From assembly GCA_951406725.2 (NCBI GenBank), contig OX597818.1:128588001-128652000 (forward strand): a stretch of 64,000 nucleotides of DNA, in the 5' to 3' direction. Made by a program: the position numbers and the translations under genes. Source of the DNA: Octopus vulgaris (lineage: Eukaryota). The notes under the pieces are model-generated. The model saw only the letters and a program-made list of their open reading frames with translations. It was not told the origin of the DNA and searched no databases. Within the stretch, counting starts at the first letter, position 1. Every line of letters begins with the position of its first letter. Below are positions 52,028 through 63,504 of the stretch, piece by piece.

Positions 52028-52330
52028 GTTTTCAAGGGACAGCAGGTAGTTTATGCAAAAGCTACAAATGTACATAACAGGCATTATTATTTATTCACTA
52101 CAAAATGCAAAAGTTTCTAAAGAACAATATTTCTTGTACAGATACAAGGAGACATCAACACATCTCACCTGTCTGAATTTTTGATCATCAGAATTTATGA
52201 CATTTATGAATAAATGATAATGCCTGTTATGTACATTTGTAGCTTTTGCATAAACTACCTGCTGTCCCTTGAAAACCTTTAGAAAATGTATGTCACCTGT
52301 TTGTAAGATCATGTACCCATGTGTAAATAT
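52023..52330. mobile_element. Inverted-repeat element with a one-sided tail next to (TA)n (Penelope-like inverted truncation)
   Basis: Arms 52023-52097 and 52207-52281 match at 74/75 with a 109-nt spacer. The left arm abuts (TA)n. No TSD seen. Confidence 0.55.
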
Positions 52331-52413
52331 GCATGCATTTTCCTGTTATTTTAGCATTTTTATTTACATCTTCATACTCTCCTTAGCAACTTTCATCTAT
52401 ATTTTTCAACAAT

Positions 52414-52806
52414 AGGCGCAGGAGTGGCTGTGTGGTACGTAGCTTGCTAACCAACCACATGGTTCCGGGTTCAGTCCCACTGCGCATCTTGGGCAAGTGT
52501 CTTCTGCTATAGCCCTGGGCTGACCAATGCCTTGTGAGTGGATTTGGTAGACGGAAACTGAAAGAAGCCTGTCGTATATATGTATATATATATGTGTGTG
52601 TGTGTTTGCGTGTCTGTGTTTGTCCCCCCTAGCATTGCTTGACAAGGATGCTGGTGTGTTTACGTCCCCGTCACTTAGCGGTTCGGCAAAAAGAGACCGA
52701 TAGAATAAGTACTGGGCTTACAAAGAATAAGTCCCGGGGTCGATTTACTCGACTAAAGTCGGTGTTCCAGCATGGCCGCAGTCAAATGACTGAAACAAGT
52801 AAAAGA
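52414..52806 (+). mobile_element. SINE family A, full length
   Basis: Matches the family A consensus. Confidence 0.9.
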
Positions 52807-52929
52807 GAGTAAAAGAGAGAAAGAGAGAGATACTTCCAATTGGAAAAAATTGAAAATATTGTAATTATCACAAAGTTTAATATGATACCTTCTTTCGTTA
52901 TTCGCGACTCCAGTATTCTAGTAGTAGCA

Positions 52930-53250
52930 TGATTCTTGAATGTTGGGCCTCACAGAGGCGATGACAAGTGACTGAGACCTTTGGCAATATGCCTTGTTTG
53001 AGAAGACTTGTCAAACCAAGTGAAATTATAGTCATGGTTGTTGCCAGTGTCATGGAAACGGCAGCTATGCCTGTGGCACATAAAAGCATCCATTACAGTC
53101 TCGGAGTGGCTGGCGTTAGGAAGGGCATCCAGCCATAGAAACCATGCCAAATCAGACTGGAACCTGATGCAGCCCTCCAGCTTACCAATTCAAGTCAAAC
53201 CATCTAGCCCATGCCAGCATGGAAAGCGGATGTTAAATGATGATAATGAT
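52930..53250 (+). mobile_element. RTE LINE 3' end (last codons plus family D UTR)
   Basis: LGLTEAMTSD*DLWQYALFEKTCQ followed by family D motifs and (GAT)n. Confidence 0.75.
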
Positions 53251-53792
53251 ATGTGTGTCTGTGTGTATACACACACACACACACATAAGTATAGTTGTTT
53301 TGTTAATTTTCTACTTTGATTGATGAATATTACACATGACAAATTTTTGGCGCTCTCTACATGTTGTCAATGGCGCCTCTGATTATAACCAGACTATGAT
53401 TGAAAAATACATGTATCCAGAAATGATCAAATTTAGACATTTCACTGATGAGCTTCTCTGTCACTTGCTGACTATAAAGATCTTTGTTAAGTGAGGAACA
53501 AAAAAAGTAGCCGGTAGCTTCACTTTGAAAACTTACTGGTTGTGAGATTGTGATTGATCATGACTTCAGATACAGCTACAAGCAGTGTATTGCCCTCCCT
53601 ATATGTTTAACTGATATTAGTACTGTCCCTCCATTGTAACCCTTTAGCATTTAGATTATCCTTTCAAATGTAATGCTTATCTATTCACATTGTTTTGAAT
53701 TAATCATATATTATTTCATAGCTTCAAGATTGCAATGATGTGATTGTTGCTTTTTAGATTAACATTGTAGGTAGGTTAGAGCGGCCAGTGTA

Positions 53793-53840
<48 letters not shown>

Positions 53841-53842
<2 letters not shown>

Positions 53843-54296
53843 TCATCATCATCATCATCATCGTTTAACGTCCGTTCTCCATGGGTTGGACGGTTCGACA
53901 AGGGATCTGGGAAGCCAGAAGGCTGCACCAGGCTCCGGTCTTATCTGGCAATGTTTCTACAGCTGGATGCCCTTCCTAATGCCAACCTCTCCGTGAGTGT
54001 AGTGGGTGCTTTTTACGTGCCACCTGCACTGGTGCCAGGCGAGGCTGGCATCGGCCACGGTCGGATTGGTGCATTTTACGTGCCACCTGCACGGAAGCCA
54101 GTCGAGGCGGCACTGGCTTCGGCCATGATTCGGATGGTGCTTTTTACGTGCCACCGACATGGAAGCCAGTCGAGGCAGTGCTGGCATCGGCTACGATTCG
54201 GATAGTGCTTTTTACGTATCTCCAGTCCAGGGGTCCTGGCATCTGCCGGGTGCCAGTCATAGGATTGGTTCAATTTCAATTCCGATTTCACTTGCC

Positions 54297-54298
<2 letters not shown>
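53841..54298 (-). mobile_element. Family D RTE 3' UTR with several internal tandem units, inserted in (TA)n
   Basis: (CAT)n tail and repeated GGTGCTTTTTACGTGCCACC units. Long (TA)n on both flanks. Confidence 0.8.
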
Positions 54299-54347
<49 letters not shown>

Positions 54348-54490
54348 TACAAGACATTTGTCCAAAGTATCACACTGGAATTGAAGCTGAAACCAAGTTG
54401 TTACAAAGTTAACTTCTTGACTACACATTAGTTTATATGTATATGCATATATATCTTTGAATACAGCCATGCTGGATGCATTTATAAACA

Positions 54491-54520
<30 letters not shown>

Positions 54521-54522
<2 letters not shown>

Positions 54523-54687
54523 AATTAGAGATAAAACCACCATTATGCAACTCAAACAGTGGTTTATGCTTTGGTCTATCACTGTTTGAGTTGCATAATG
54601 GTGGTTTTATCTCTAATTTATATTGTGAAATTTGATTTAATAATAAATTGAATTTTTCCCTGTAAGTTTGGAGTTATACTCCCTAAT

Positions 54688-54689
<2 letters not shown>
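54521..54689 (+). mobile_element. Hairpin-plus-tail insertion in (TA)n (Penelope-like inverted 3' end)
   Basis: Perfect 41-bp arms at 54521-54561 and 54580-54620, 18-nt loop, about 68-nt one-sided tail, (TA)n on both sides. Confidence 0.6.
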
Positions 54690-54742
<53 letters not shown>

Positions 54743-54746
<4 letters not shown>

Positions 54747-54930
54747 GGTCCCGGGTTGATTCGGGGTTAACCACAGTAAGTAAGGTACTCAATACATAGC
54801 AGAGTAAAATTAATTTATTATATAGAAGGAGCTTCTACAGGACTAGTACTGTTTCATTCAAGAGAAATCTTCAGATTTCTCTTGAATGAAACAGTACTAG
54901 TCCTGTAGAAGCTCCTTCTATATAATAAAT
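54743..54930 (-). mobile_element. Hairpin-plus-tail insertion in (TA)n with a truncated hammerhead motif (family 4)
   Basis: Perfect 58-bp arms at 54813-54870 and 54873-54930 with a 2-nt loop. Minus strand reads CTGAAGA-TTTCTCTTGAAT-GAAAC-AGTACT-A-GTC. Confidence 0.6.
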
Positions 54931-55193
54931 ATATATATATATATATATACAAGATAAGAAAATGGAGAAATACATCTAAATCAAATATCAATTACCAGAT
55001 AATACTCAATCACATACTTTATTAAACCACCACATAAGAGACTGTAGGGTTAAATATAAAAAGCAGAACAAATCAGTGTACATAAAGGAATGTACATAGA
55101 AAGTGTACATAAAAGAGTAATGTTGTATAATAAATAGAATATATATAAAAGAGAATATAAATACAAGTAAATATAAATATAAGTATAAATTAG

Positions 55194-55320
55194 ATCTTAC
55201 AGCTGTTTCGGCCATGTCGATAATTATGTCTCATTTTACCAATATTAGCCCTTTATGGTTGGTCAATATATAGATATAAATGAGACATTAACAAAAATAT
55301 CACAAGGCCTCTTCGGAGAT
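55194..55320 (-). ncRNA. Type I hammerhead motif with long stem II, family 3 (core U4>C), within a (TA)n-flanked element at about 54950-55363
   Basis: ATCT-CCGAAGA-GGCC...(ATGTCTCATTT/AAATGAGACAT inner stem)...GGCC-GAAAC-AGCT-GT-A-AGAT. AATAAA lies downstream on the same strand. Confidence 0.7.
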
Positions 55321-56647
55321 TATGTAATATAACTCAGTCTACATATATACCCACAATACAACATATATATATATACATATGAGTGCATATACTCACACTC
55401 CTAGAGGGTTGCATTTACAACCCCTATCTCAATTTGTATATATATACATACAAAGTTTAGTTTCCATCTAAGTTTCCTGAATTTGCTTCATACAAAAAAA
55501 TATCTTATTCTTTCCACTTTTAAATACAGTTTAACTCGAAATAAGGCAAATGCTGTGAAACCTGAAGAATGCCTAAAATCTTCAGTAACCATACTTAGAC
55601 TATATCCACTTCGACCACAAAGTGTGCATTGAACACTTATGTTTTAGTTTTAATACATACATTAACTCTGTGTATGTGTGTATAACTTTAATATCTTTTT
55701 TCCACTGAAGCTAATACTTCCTCTCTCACACCCTGGAACAACTTTTACCCAGTATGTATCCGGCATTTACGTAACATGTTTGTATCAGTGTCAGCTGGCT
55801 ACCATCTGTCTAACTTGGCAATCTTTTTTTGAAAGTTAATATTGTATATATATCTGTTGAACCGCATTCTACCCCGTCATCTCCTTTCAGTGCTGGTTAT
55901 TGGCGTTGTCTTACTCATTTGTAACAGTCACATGGCCTCATCCTGCTTTAGTGTAGAGATGAGATAACCAAGCGGATAAAATATTGGACAACTTGCTCAA
56001 AAAGTTGGGAGTTCATACAAGCTATAGTGAAATGCTTAACAGCATTTCATCCTTATGTTCTGAGTTCAAATTCTGCTAAGGTCGACTTTGCCTTTCATCT
56101 TTTCAGGGCCAATAAAGTAAGTACCTGTTGAGTACTGAGAGCCAATGTACTTGACCGACCCCCTTCCCCCTTAAATTGCTGGCTTTGTGCCAGAATTTGA
56201 AATCATGGAACTTTACATCTGCTACTGCAGATCAACATAATAGACACCTGTGATTGTTGTCCCATGTAGCATGTGGTCAATTAACATCACGGTCAGAGTT
56301 AAAGATTATGCACCTGACCATGCCTGCACTAGACCAAACTTTTAATTTCGTGAGTGGTAGAGAGTGTTTGCTTGCATTGTTCTTTTGTCTTGGAGTTGTA
56401 GTGGTGGAGCAATGTCCTGTCTTCACTTCTCATGCATGTTCAACTGTATATTGTCACACATTGTCATTTGTAAATCTTTCCTTATAAAACATTCAACAGC
56501 AATGACACTTTCCTCAAGAGTTGGCTTTCATAGGTTTTCTTGACTCTGTTCATCTTCAAGGGTTCTCCTCCCCCATATGATACTCAGCAACCCCACATCT
56601 GAGCATTCTATGTGTGTATGTGTGTTTCTGTATGTCTTTCAACATAT

Positions 56648-57032
56648 TAGAAGCACTCCGTCGGTTACGACAATGAGGATTCCGGTTGATCCGAATCAAC
56701 GGAACAGCCTGCTCGTGAAATTAACGTGTAAGTGGCTGAGCACTCCACAGACACGTGCACCCTTAACGTAGTTCTCAGAGATATTTAGCGTGACACAGAG
56801 AGTGACAAGGCCGGCCCCTTGAAATACAGGTACAACAGAAACAGGAAGAAAGAGTGAGAGAAAGTTGTGGTGAAGGAGTACAGCAGGGTTCACCACCACC
56901 CCCTGCAGGAGCCTCGTGAAGCTTTAGGTGTTTTCGCTCAATAAACACACACAACGCCCGGTCTGGGAATCGAAACCGCGATCCTCCGACCGCAAGTCCG
57001 CTGCCCAAACCACTGGGCCATTGCGCCTCCAC
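56648..57032 (-). mobile_element. SINE family B, full length
   Basis: 12-bp TSD CTTTCAACATAT (56636-56647, 57033-57044). Confidence 0.92.
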
Positions 57033-57680
57033 CTTTCAACATATAGACAATGCAACAGAGACTTTAGAAGAAAAAAAAGACTTTCACTATAATGAGAGGC
57101 AGCCGCTGCTGCTGAAGATGATGATGAGGAGGAGGAGAAATACAGTGAGCAAGAGAGAGTGTGTGAAAGATAGAATTAAAATTTGTTTCAAGAAGGAAAA
57201 AAAAGAACAGGTTGTTGTTGAGCATTTCAATGTGATCATTGTAGTGGGTTTCTACTGACAGATCTATTTTTTCTTGACTAGGTCCTTATCTGGAGGTATA
57301 GAGTCAAATAACAACTAGTTTTGATAACAGTGCAGTATTGCAATTTTTGATTCTTATTTTCATTAGTCTTCATCGGGTGCTTCCATCTTTTATATTGCTT
57401 CTAAAATGTAAATCGCAATATATTTATAAACAGGCATTGCTTCCCAATCATGTGGTCTTGGGTTCAGTTTCACTGTGCAGTACTTTTAGGAAAGTGTCTT
57501 CTACTGTAACCTTGTGACTGGATTTGGTAGATGGAATGACTATGTGGTAAGAAGCTTGCTTCCCAACCACATAGTTTCAGGTTCAGTCCCACTGTGTGAC
57601 ACCTTGGGCATGTGTCAACTATCGTCTCAGGCCGACCAAAACCTTGTGAGTGGATCTGGTAGAAGGAAACTGAAAGAAGC

Positions 57681-57726
<46 letters not shown>

Positions 57727-58668
57727 CGCTAGATGTACCCATGACCCATTGGATCACAACCACTCCGAGTTGAAAATGTTAATTATCAGTGGCAAAGATA
57801 AAAATACTATTTCAGACATCATGCAATACAGTTCTTCTGAAATGTAAAAGAATATGTGTGTGCATGTGTATTTGTGTGTAATCATGCCTAGACATCATGT
57901 GATGTTTGCAAATGAGCAATATCTTCATACAAGTGAGGTTATTTGTTTCCGATGTCTTCTGTGAAAAAATATGTTTAGCAATGGGGAAAATATTATGTTG
58001 GTTACAAACAGGTGAAGGTTGATGCCAGGAAGGGCATGTGGCCCTAGAGAATTTTCCTCATCAAATTCCGACTGGCCTATGCAAGCATGGAAGAGTGAAT
58101 GTTAAATAATAATGATGATGATGATGAATCTATGATAATAAAGTATTATAGTCAGATTCAAAACTTTTTGAACACTCCTCAATATGCATGGGTGTGTGTA
58201 AAATGCTTGGAATTTTTCCGTGTGTGTGTATGTGCACACACGCACACGCATATATAATATCTATGTATGTATTCATAAATCCCTATAAGTCTGACTTCAT
58301 GATTCATCTGTCCACTGTTTATAAAATATGCACCAGTAATATTCTGAGCTTTGATTCAATCAATGATATCATTCTCTTAATAAGTCCGTGGCCTTCTGCC
58401 AATGAAAAGAAATGTTCTTTTTTTCTTTACTTCATAAAAGAGTATTTTGAATGTATTTAAATGTATGCGTGAGTAATAGCATATTTATGTTTTTATATAT
58501 GAAATATACAAATGCACATAGCAATTGAACATATGTGTATATGGATAAATGCGATATAAAGAAAATAAGCTTCTTTTTCTTCTTTTCTCATTCTATTATA
58601 TTTATGCACATTTATATTTAATATGTACAGATATACAGTTTTAAGCAATCATAGTTTAATAGTAATTT

Positions 58669-58699
<31 letters not shown>

Positions 58700-58720
58700 T
58701 ATTGTAGTGATAAAGTTTTA

Positions 58721-58784
58721 ATGATGTCACGGTTTGGAATTGGTACAACTAAAAATCCCCCCTGGGCCCGCCAGGCACCAGCAG
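58721..58784 (+). CDS. CCAR1: First conserved coding exon of a cell division cycle and apoptosis regulator 1-like gene (exon 58708-58784): MMSRFGIGTTKNPPWARQAPA
   Basis: Acceptor TTTTTTTTATTGTAG and donor CAG|GTAAGA. The peptide resembles the CCAR1 N-terminus as I recall it (human MAQFGGQKNPPWATQ). GC-rich island in AT-rich, repeat-free flanks. Confidence 0.75.
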
Positions 58785-59556
58785 GTAAGATGGTTTCTCT
58801 TCTTTTTTCTCTTTCATATTTTTTGTTCATCCTTTGTCAAAACTAATTTCGTTCTTGAACAAAGTTATTTAGTTAGGAATTTAGCTATTTAGTTGAATAT
58901 TTTTTTGTTTATTCTAAAAAAAGATTTGTGCTAAAAGCTATCTTTATTTTCTGTTCTTCATTCTCAAGCTAACTTCCTGATGAATGTAATCTGCAACTTG
59001 GCTTCCCTTATTGCTCTAATTAAATCAATCGGGGAAATGTAACCACAACTTTACGTTTTCTAGACTCTTAATTATATGACTTTCTGCTTAATTAAATGAA
59101 AACCAAATAGTCGCTTATCACACAGGCATGGCAGTGTGATTAAAAAAGTTCACTTTGCAACTGTATAGTTTCAGGTTCAGTCCCACTGCATGGCATCTTG
59201 GGCAAGAATCTTCTATAGCCTCAGGTCAACCATCAATTCCTTGTCAGTGGAATTGATAGAAAGTGACTGAGAAAGTCCATTGTGTGTGTGTGTGTGTGCG
59301 TGCGTGCGTGCGTATGTTGACATTCGACAGCTTCTCTTGTCATTATCTGAATGAAATGGTGATATACTATTTACATTCCTTGTTGATATTTACATGTTTG
59401 CTTTGCACTTTCAATGACTAGTAGGATTTTAAAAAAAACATCCTTTTGTTGAAAAACAGTTAAAGGTTGGCAACAAGAAAAGCATCTGGTTATAAAATAT
59501 TGCCACAAATAATTCCTCCGCCCAACCCATGAAAAAAAAAAATGAATGTTCAACAA

Positions 59557-59951
59557 AGGCGCAGGTGTGGCTGTGTGGTAAGTAGCTTGCTTACCAACCA
59601 CATGGTTCTGGGTTCAGTCTCACTGCGTGGCACCTTGGGCAAGTGTCTTCTACTATAGCCTCGGGCTGACCAAAGCCTTGTGAGTGGATTTGGTAGACGG
59701 TAACTGAAAGAAGCCCGTCGTATATATGTATATATATATATGTGTGTGTGTTTATGTGTCTGTGTCCTCCCCCCAACATCGCTTGACAACTGATGCTGGT
59801 GTGTTTATATCCCTGTAACTTAGCGGTTCGGCAAAAGTGACTGATAGAATAAGTACTAGGCTTACAAAGAATAAGTCCTGGGGTCGATGTGCTCGACTAA
59901 AGGCGGTGCTCCAACATGGCCGCAGTCAAATAAGTGAAACAAGTAAAAGAG
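59557..59951 (+). mobile_element. SINE family A, full length
   Basis: Matches the family A consensus. Confidence 0.9.
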
Positions 59952-60232
59952 TAAAGGACTGAAATGGTGATTATCAGTTGTATTAGTTAATAACAAATTG
60001 ACTTTATTGTGTTTAACGAATATTTGAAACTTGTATCTTGCTGTAATTCTTAACTTATTAACTCTGCTCGTGTATAGTAACCTATGTATACTGAATTACA
60101 AGGTTTGTGACTGGATTCACGGTGTATTTTCAGCAGCAGTATGTGAGGATGGTGGGAGAAAACTCATCCTCTCATTAAAATTTTAAACTGTTTGTAAAAG
60201 ACAAATTATTTACCAAAGATCAATAATTGTTA

Positions 60233-60303
60233 ACATTGGTGGTTCAGTGGTAGAATGCTTTCCTTCCATGCAAGAGACTCTGGTTTGATTCCTGGCTAAT
60301 ACA
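60233..60303 (+). pseudogene. tRNA-Gly pseudogene (71 nt, GCC-type body, anticodon now TCC)
   Basis: ACATTGGTGGTTCAGTGGTAGAATGCTTTCCTTCCATGCAAGAGACTCTGGTTTGATTCCTGGCTAATACA is collinear with metazoan tRNA-Gly(GCC). All CpGs are lost and stems are broken. Confidence 0.8.
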
Positions 60304-60557
60304 CAGTAGTCTTATTTTGTAATAAAGGTGGCCCAGTATGACCTCAACTGCTGGCTGAAACCAATAGTAGAATAATTATTTTTAGGTTTTAGAGATGGTT
60401 GTTGATCAACACATAGATTTGGCATATGTGTAGACTAAAAGTTTTTATCTATCTCTTTTGCTACTATGCTCATCTGAGACAATATCTCTGGTTCTCTGGT
60501 ACAAAGTTTCTCATATTGAATTGTCAAAATATTTAAATTAACACCTTCCATCATAAC

Positions 60558-60890
60558 GTGAAGGCACATGGCTCAGTGGTTAGAGTGTCGGGCTCACAAT
60601 CACAAGATTGTGAGTTCAATCTCGGGACTGGATCGTGTGTTGTGTTCTTGAAGCAAGACACTTTATTTCACATTGCTCCAGTTCACTCAGTTTAGAAATG
60701 AGTTGCAACATCACTAGTGCCAAGCTTTGTCAGCCTTTGTTTTTCCCTTGGATAACACTGGTGGCATGGAGAGTGAGGAGATTGGTATGCATAGGCAACT
60801 GCTGGTCTTCCATAAACAATGTGCCACAGAGGAGAACTTTCTAGGTGCAATCCCATGGTCATTCATTACCAACAGAGATCTTTACCTTTC
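60558..60890 (+). mobile_element. SINE family C, older copy
   Basis: 11-bp TSD TCCATCATAAC (60547-60557, 60891-60901). Confidence 0.85.
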
Positions 60891-61691
60891 TCCATCATAA
60901 CTTAATGAAAGAGCACCATCTGTTAGGTAGGTTTCCCCTGTTTAATAAGAAAAGGTTACATTACTAAATCCTTCCAAATTCTTGGTTATTTTAAAAAATT
61001 AAGTGATAGATGTTATGGAGTGTAATTTCATTTGAAATTTGGTCAAAAAAGAGATTTTATATATTTATATATTTTTACATTACGAGAGTCTTCAATGATG
61101 TGATAGTGCTAATATTAAAAGAAAAAAAGTATGAAAAATTACTGAAACTGGTAGCTGAGATATACAGTATTTAAAGAAAATTTTTTTTTATGACCATGTT
61201 TTTAATGAAATAAACTACCTATATCTTTCAATCATAGGACAGCATCACTATTCAAACACTAAAAATACCAACTGATCTAACTCTGTCCATATGGGCTGTC
61301 TGCTCAAATGAAACTGTTAAACTATTTATTCAATAACTATGAGGATTACAAAAGTAAATAAAACTAAAAAACAACATCAGTTATATCATATTTTTTCTCT
61401 GTTACTGTTGGTTTGAATAGTTACTGCTATTTCATATGAGTAAAATATGTATGTAGTTGCTTTAAATTCTTCAGACTGTTGTTTTGATCTGAAATCTAAT
61501 ACCATTAGTACTGTTGTTGGTTTATTATTTTGTTTTGGTAGATTGATGGAATTGTTAGAACATCTGACAAAATACTTTGCAGCATTTTGTTACAGGTTTT
61601 TACTTTCCAAGTTTAAATCTTACTCAGCTTTTCATTTTGAAATCATCAACCCCATTTTCAACTTTTGTTCCTCTTTTTAAAATAATAATAA

Positions 61692-62210
61692 TCATCATCA
61701 TCATCGTTTAATGTCCACTTTCCATGCTAGCATGGGTTGGACGGTTCAACTGGGGTCTGGGAAGCCCGAAGGCTGCACCAGGCCAGTCAGATCTGGCAGT
61801 GTTTCTACAGCTGGATGCCCTTCCTAACGCCAACCACTCTGTGAGTGTAGTGGGTGCTTTTTATGTGCCACCGACACAGGTGCCAGACGAGGCTGGCGAA
61901 CGGCCACGCTCGGATGGTGTTTTTTATGTGCCACCGACACAGGTGCCAGACGAGGCTGGCGAACGGCCACGCTCGGATGGTGTTTTTTTTACTTGCCACC
62001 GGCACGGAGGCCAGGCGAGGCTGGCACGGTCACGATTGGATGGTGTTTGTTACGTGCCCACAGCACGGAGGCCAGTTGATGCGGTACTGGCTAAGGCCAC
62101 GTTCGGATGGTTTTCTTATGTGCCACTGGCACTGGTACCACAAAGATACAAATTCCATTGATGTTCATCGATTTTGATTTGGTTTGATTTTCACTTGCCT
62201 CAACAGGTCT
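61692..62210 (-). mobile_element. Family D RTE 3' UTR, young copy with extra ~62-bp tandem units
   Basis: Near-identical to 11957-12298 but with two more units. Confidence 0.85.
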
Positions 62211-62743
62211 TCAATAATAATAATAATAATAATAATAAGAGCAATTATAATAATAGTTTCAAATTTTGGCACAAGGCCTGCAATTTTGAAAGGTAGGGGT
62301 GTTGATTACATCAACCCCCAGTGCTCAACTTGTACTTTGTTACCAACCCCCAAAAGTATGAAAGGTAAAGTTGGTCTTGATAGCATTTGAACTCAGGTCA
62401 TAAAGAGCAAGAAGAAATGAAGCTAAGTGTTTTGTCTGGCATGGTATGTCTGCAATGCATGCATCACTCCAGGAGCTCCAACAAAACTTGTGATAAAAAG
62501 AAATAATAATAATGATAATAATAATAATCTTATTTTGGCACAAGGCCAGCAAATTTGAGGGGTAGGGAAGTTCATTACATTGACCTCAGTGCCTAAGTAG
62601 TACTTACTTCAACCCCCCCCCCCCCCAAAGAATGGATGGTGAAGTTTACCTCAATAGCATTTGAACTCAGAACGTAAAGTTGGAAAAAATGCTAATAAGC
62701 ATTTTGTCTGGTGCAGTAATGATTCTGCCAGCTTGCTGCCTTT

Positions 62744-62785
<42 letters not shown>

Positions 62786-62875
62786 GTTTCAAATTTTGGT
62801 ACACGGTCAAACAACAACAACAACAACACCGAAAAATACCTTAGGAATGAGAACCCAGGTTCGAAATTTCCCTGA

Positions 62876-62921
62876 GACACCTGATGAAGGCTGGAGACTA
62901 TATCAGCTGAAACGTTGTGTT
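62876..62921 (+). ncRNA. Minimal type I hammerhead motif, family 1, best-preserved copy (within repeat at about 62830-62966)
   Basis: GACAC-CTGATGA-AGGCTG GAGACTATAT CAGCT-GAAAC-GT-T-GTGTT, with palindromic AACGTT in place of stem III. Confidence 0.7.
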
Positions 62922-63504
62922 AACAAACAAAATGAAGACAAATAGCTGTCAAATGTAAATAATGTAGCGTTGGTATGTTTATGTCTCTGTAACTTAGCAA
63001 TTTGACAAAAGAGACCAATAGAATAAGTATTAGGCTTAAAAAATAAGTCCTGAGGTCAATTAATTCGACTAAAATTTTTCAAGAAAGTACCCCAGCATGG
63101 CCATAGTCAAATGACAAACACGAAAAGGATAAAAGAAAAAGATCTAGCCATGCTTTGCATTTTTAGTCATTAATATAAAATATTAAAAATGATAGTTAAA
63201 GATATTATGACTTGATTATTGACTGAGGTATTTTTAATTCGTTAACCTTATTCTCATCAAACATATTTATCTTAATCATTCTACACTAGTAGTCACAGTC
63301 TGTGAGGATTATAAATATATGTATAGTACATTTTTGACCACACTGGAGCATGGTCCCATCCCACTAACCGGGATGTTACACGTGATTGTTATTGTTGTTC
63401 TTTCATCTTGTTTATCTAGAACTACATTCTCCCATGTGTCCTTCCTGTAGGGTGTAATTTGAGGTTATTTGGCTGTAGTTTCAATCATAACAGGTTCTTT
63501 TGTT

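Noticed and set aside
53439-53548. ATTTCA-CTGATGA...GAAAAC..GTT-G-TGAGAT hammerhead-like string
   Set aside because: Stem I could pair, but stem II does not close at the core and N17 is G. With a single copy it cannot be told from chance.
60131-60145. Possible 9-nt micro-exon (TTTCAG|CAGCAGTAT|GTGAGG)
   Set aside because: Weak polypyrimidine tract and donor, with no independent support.
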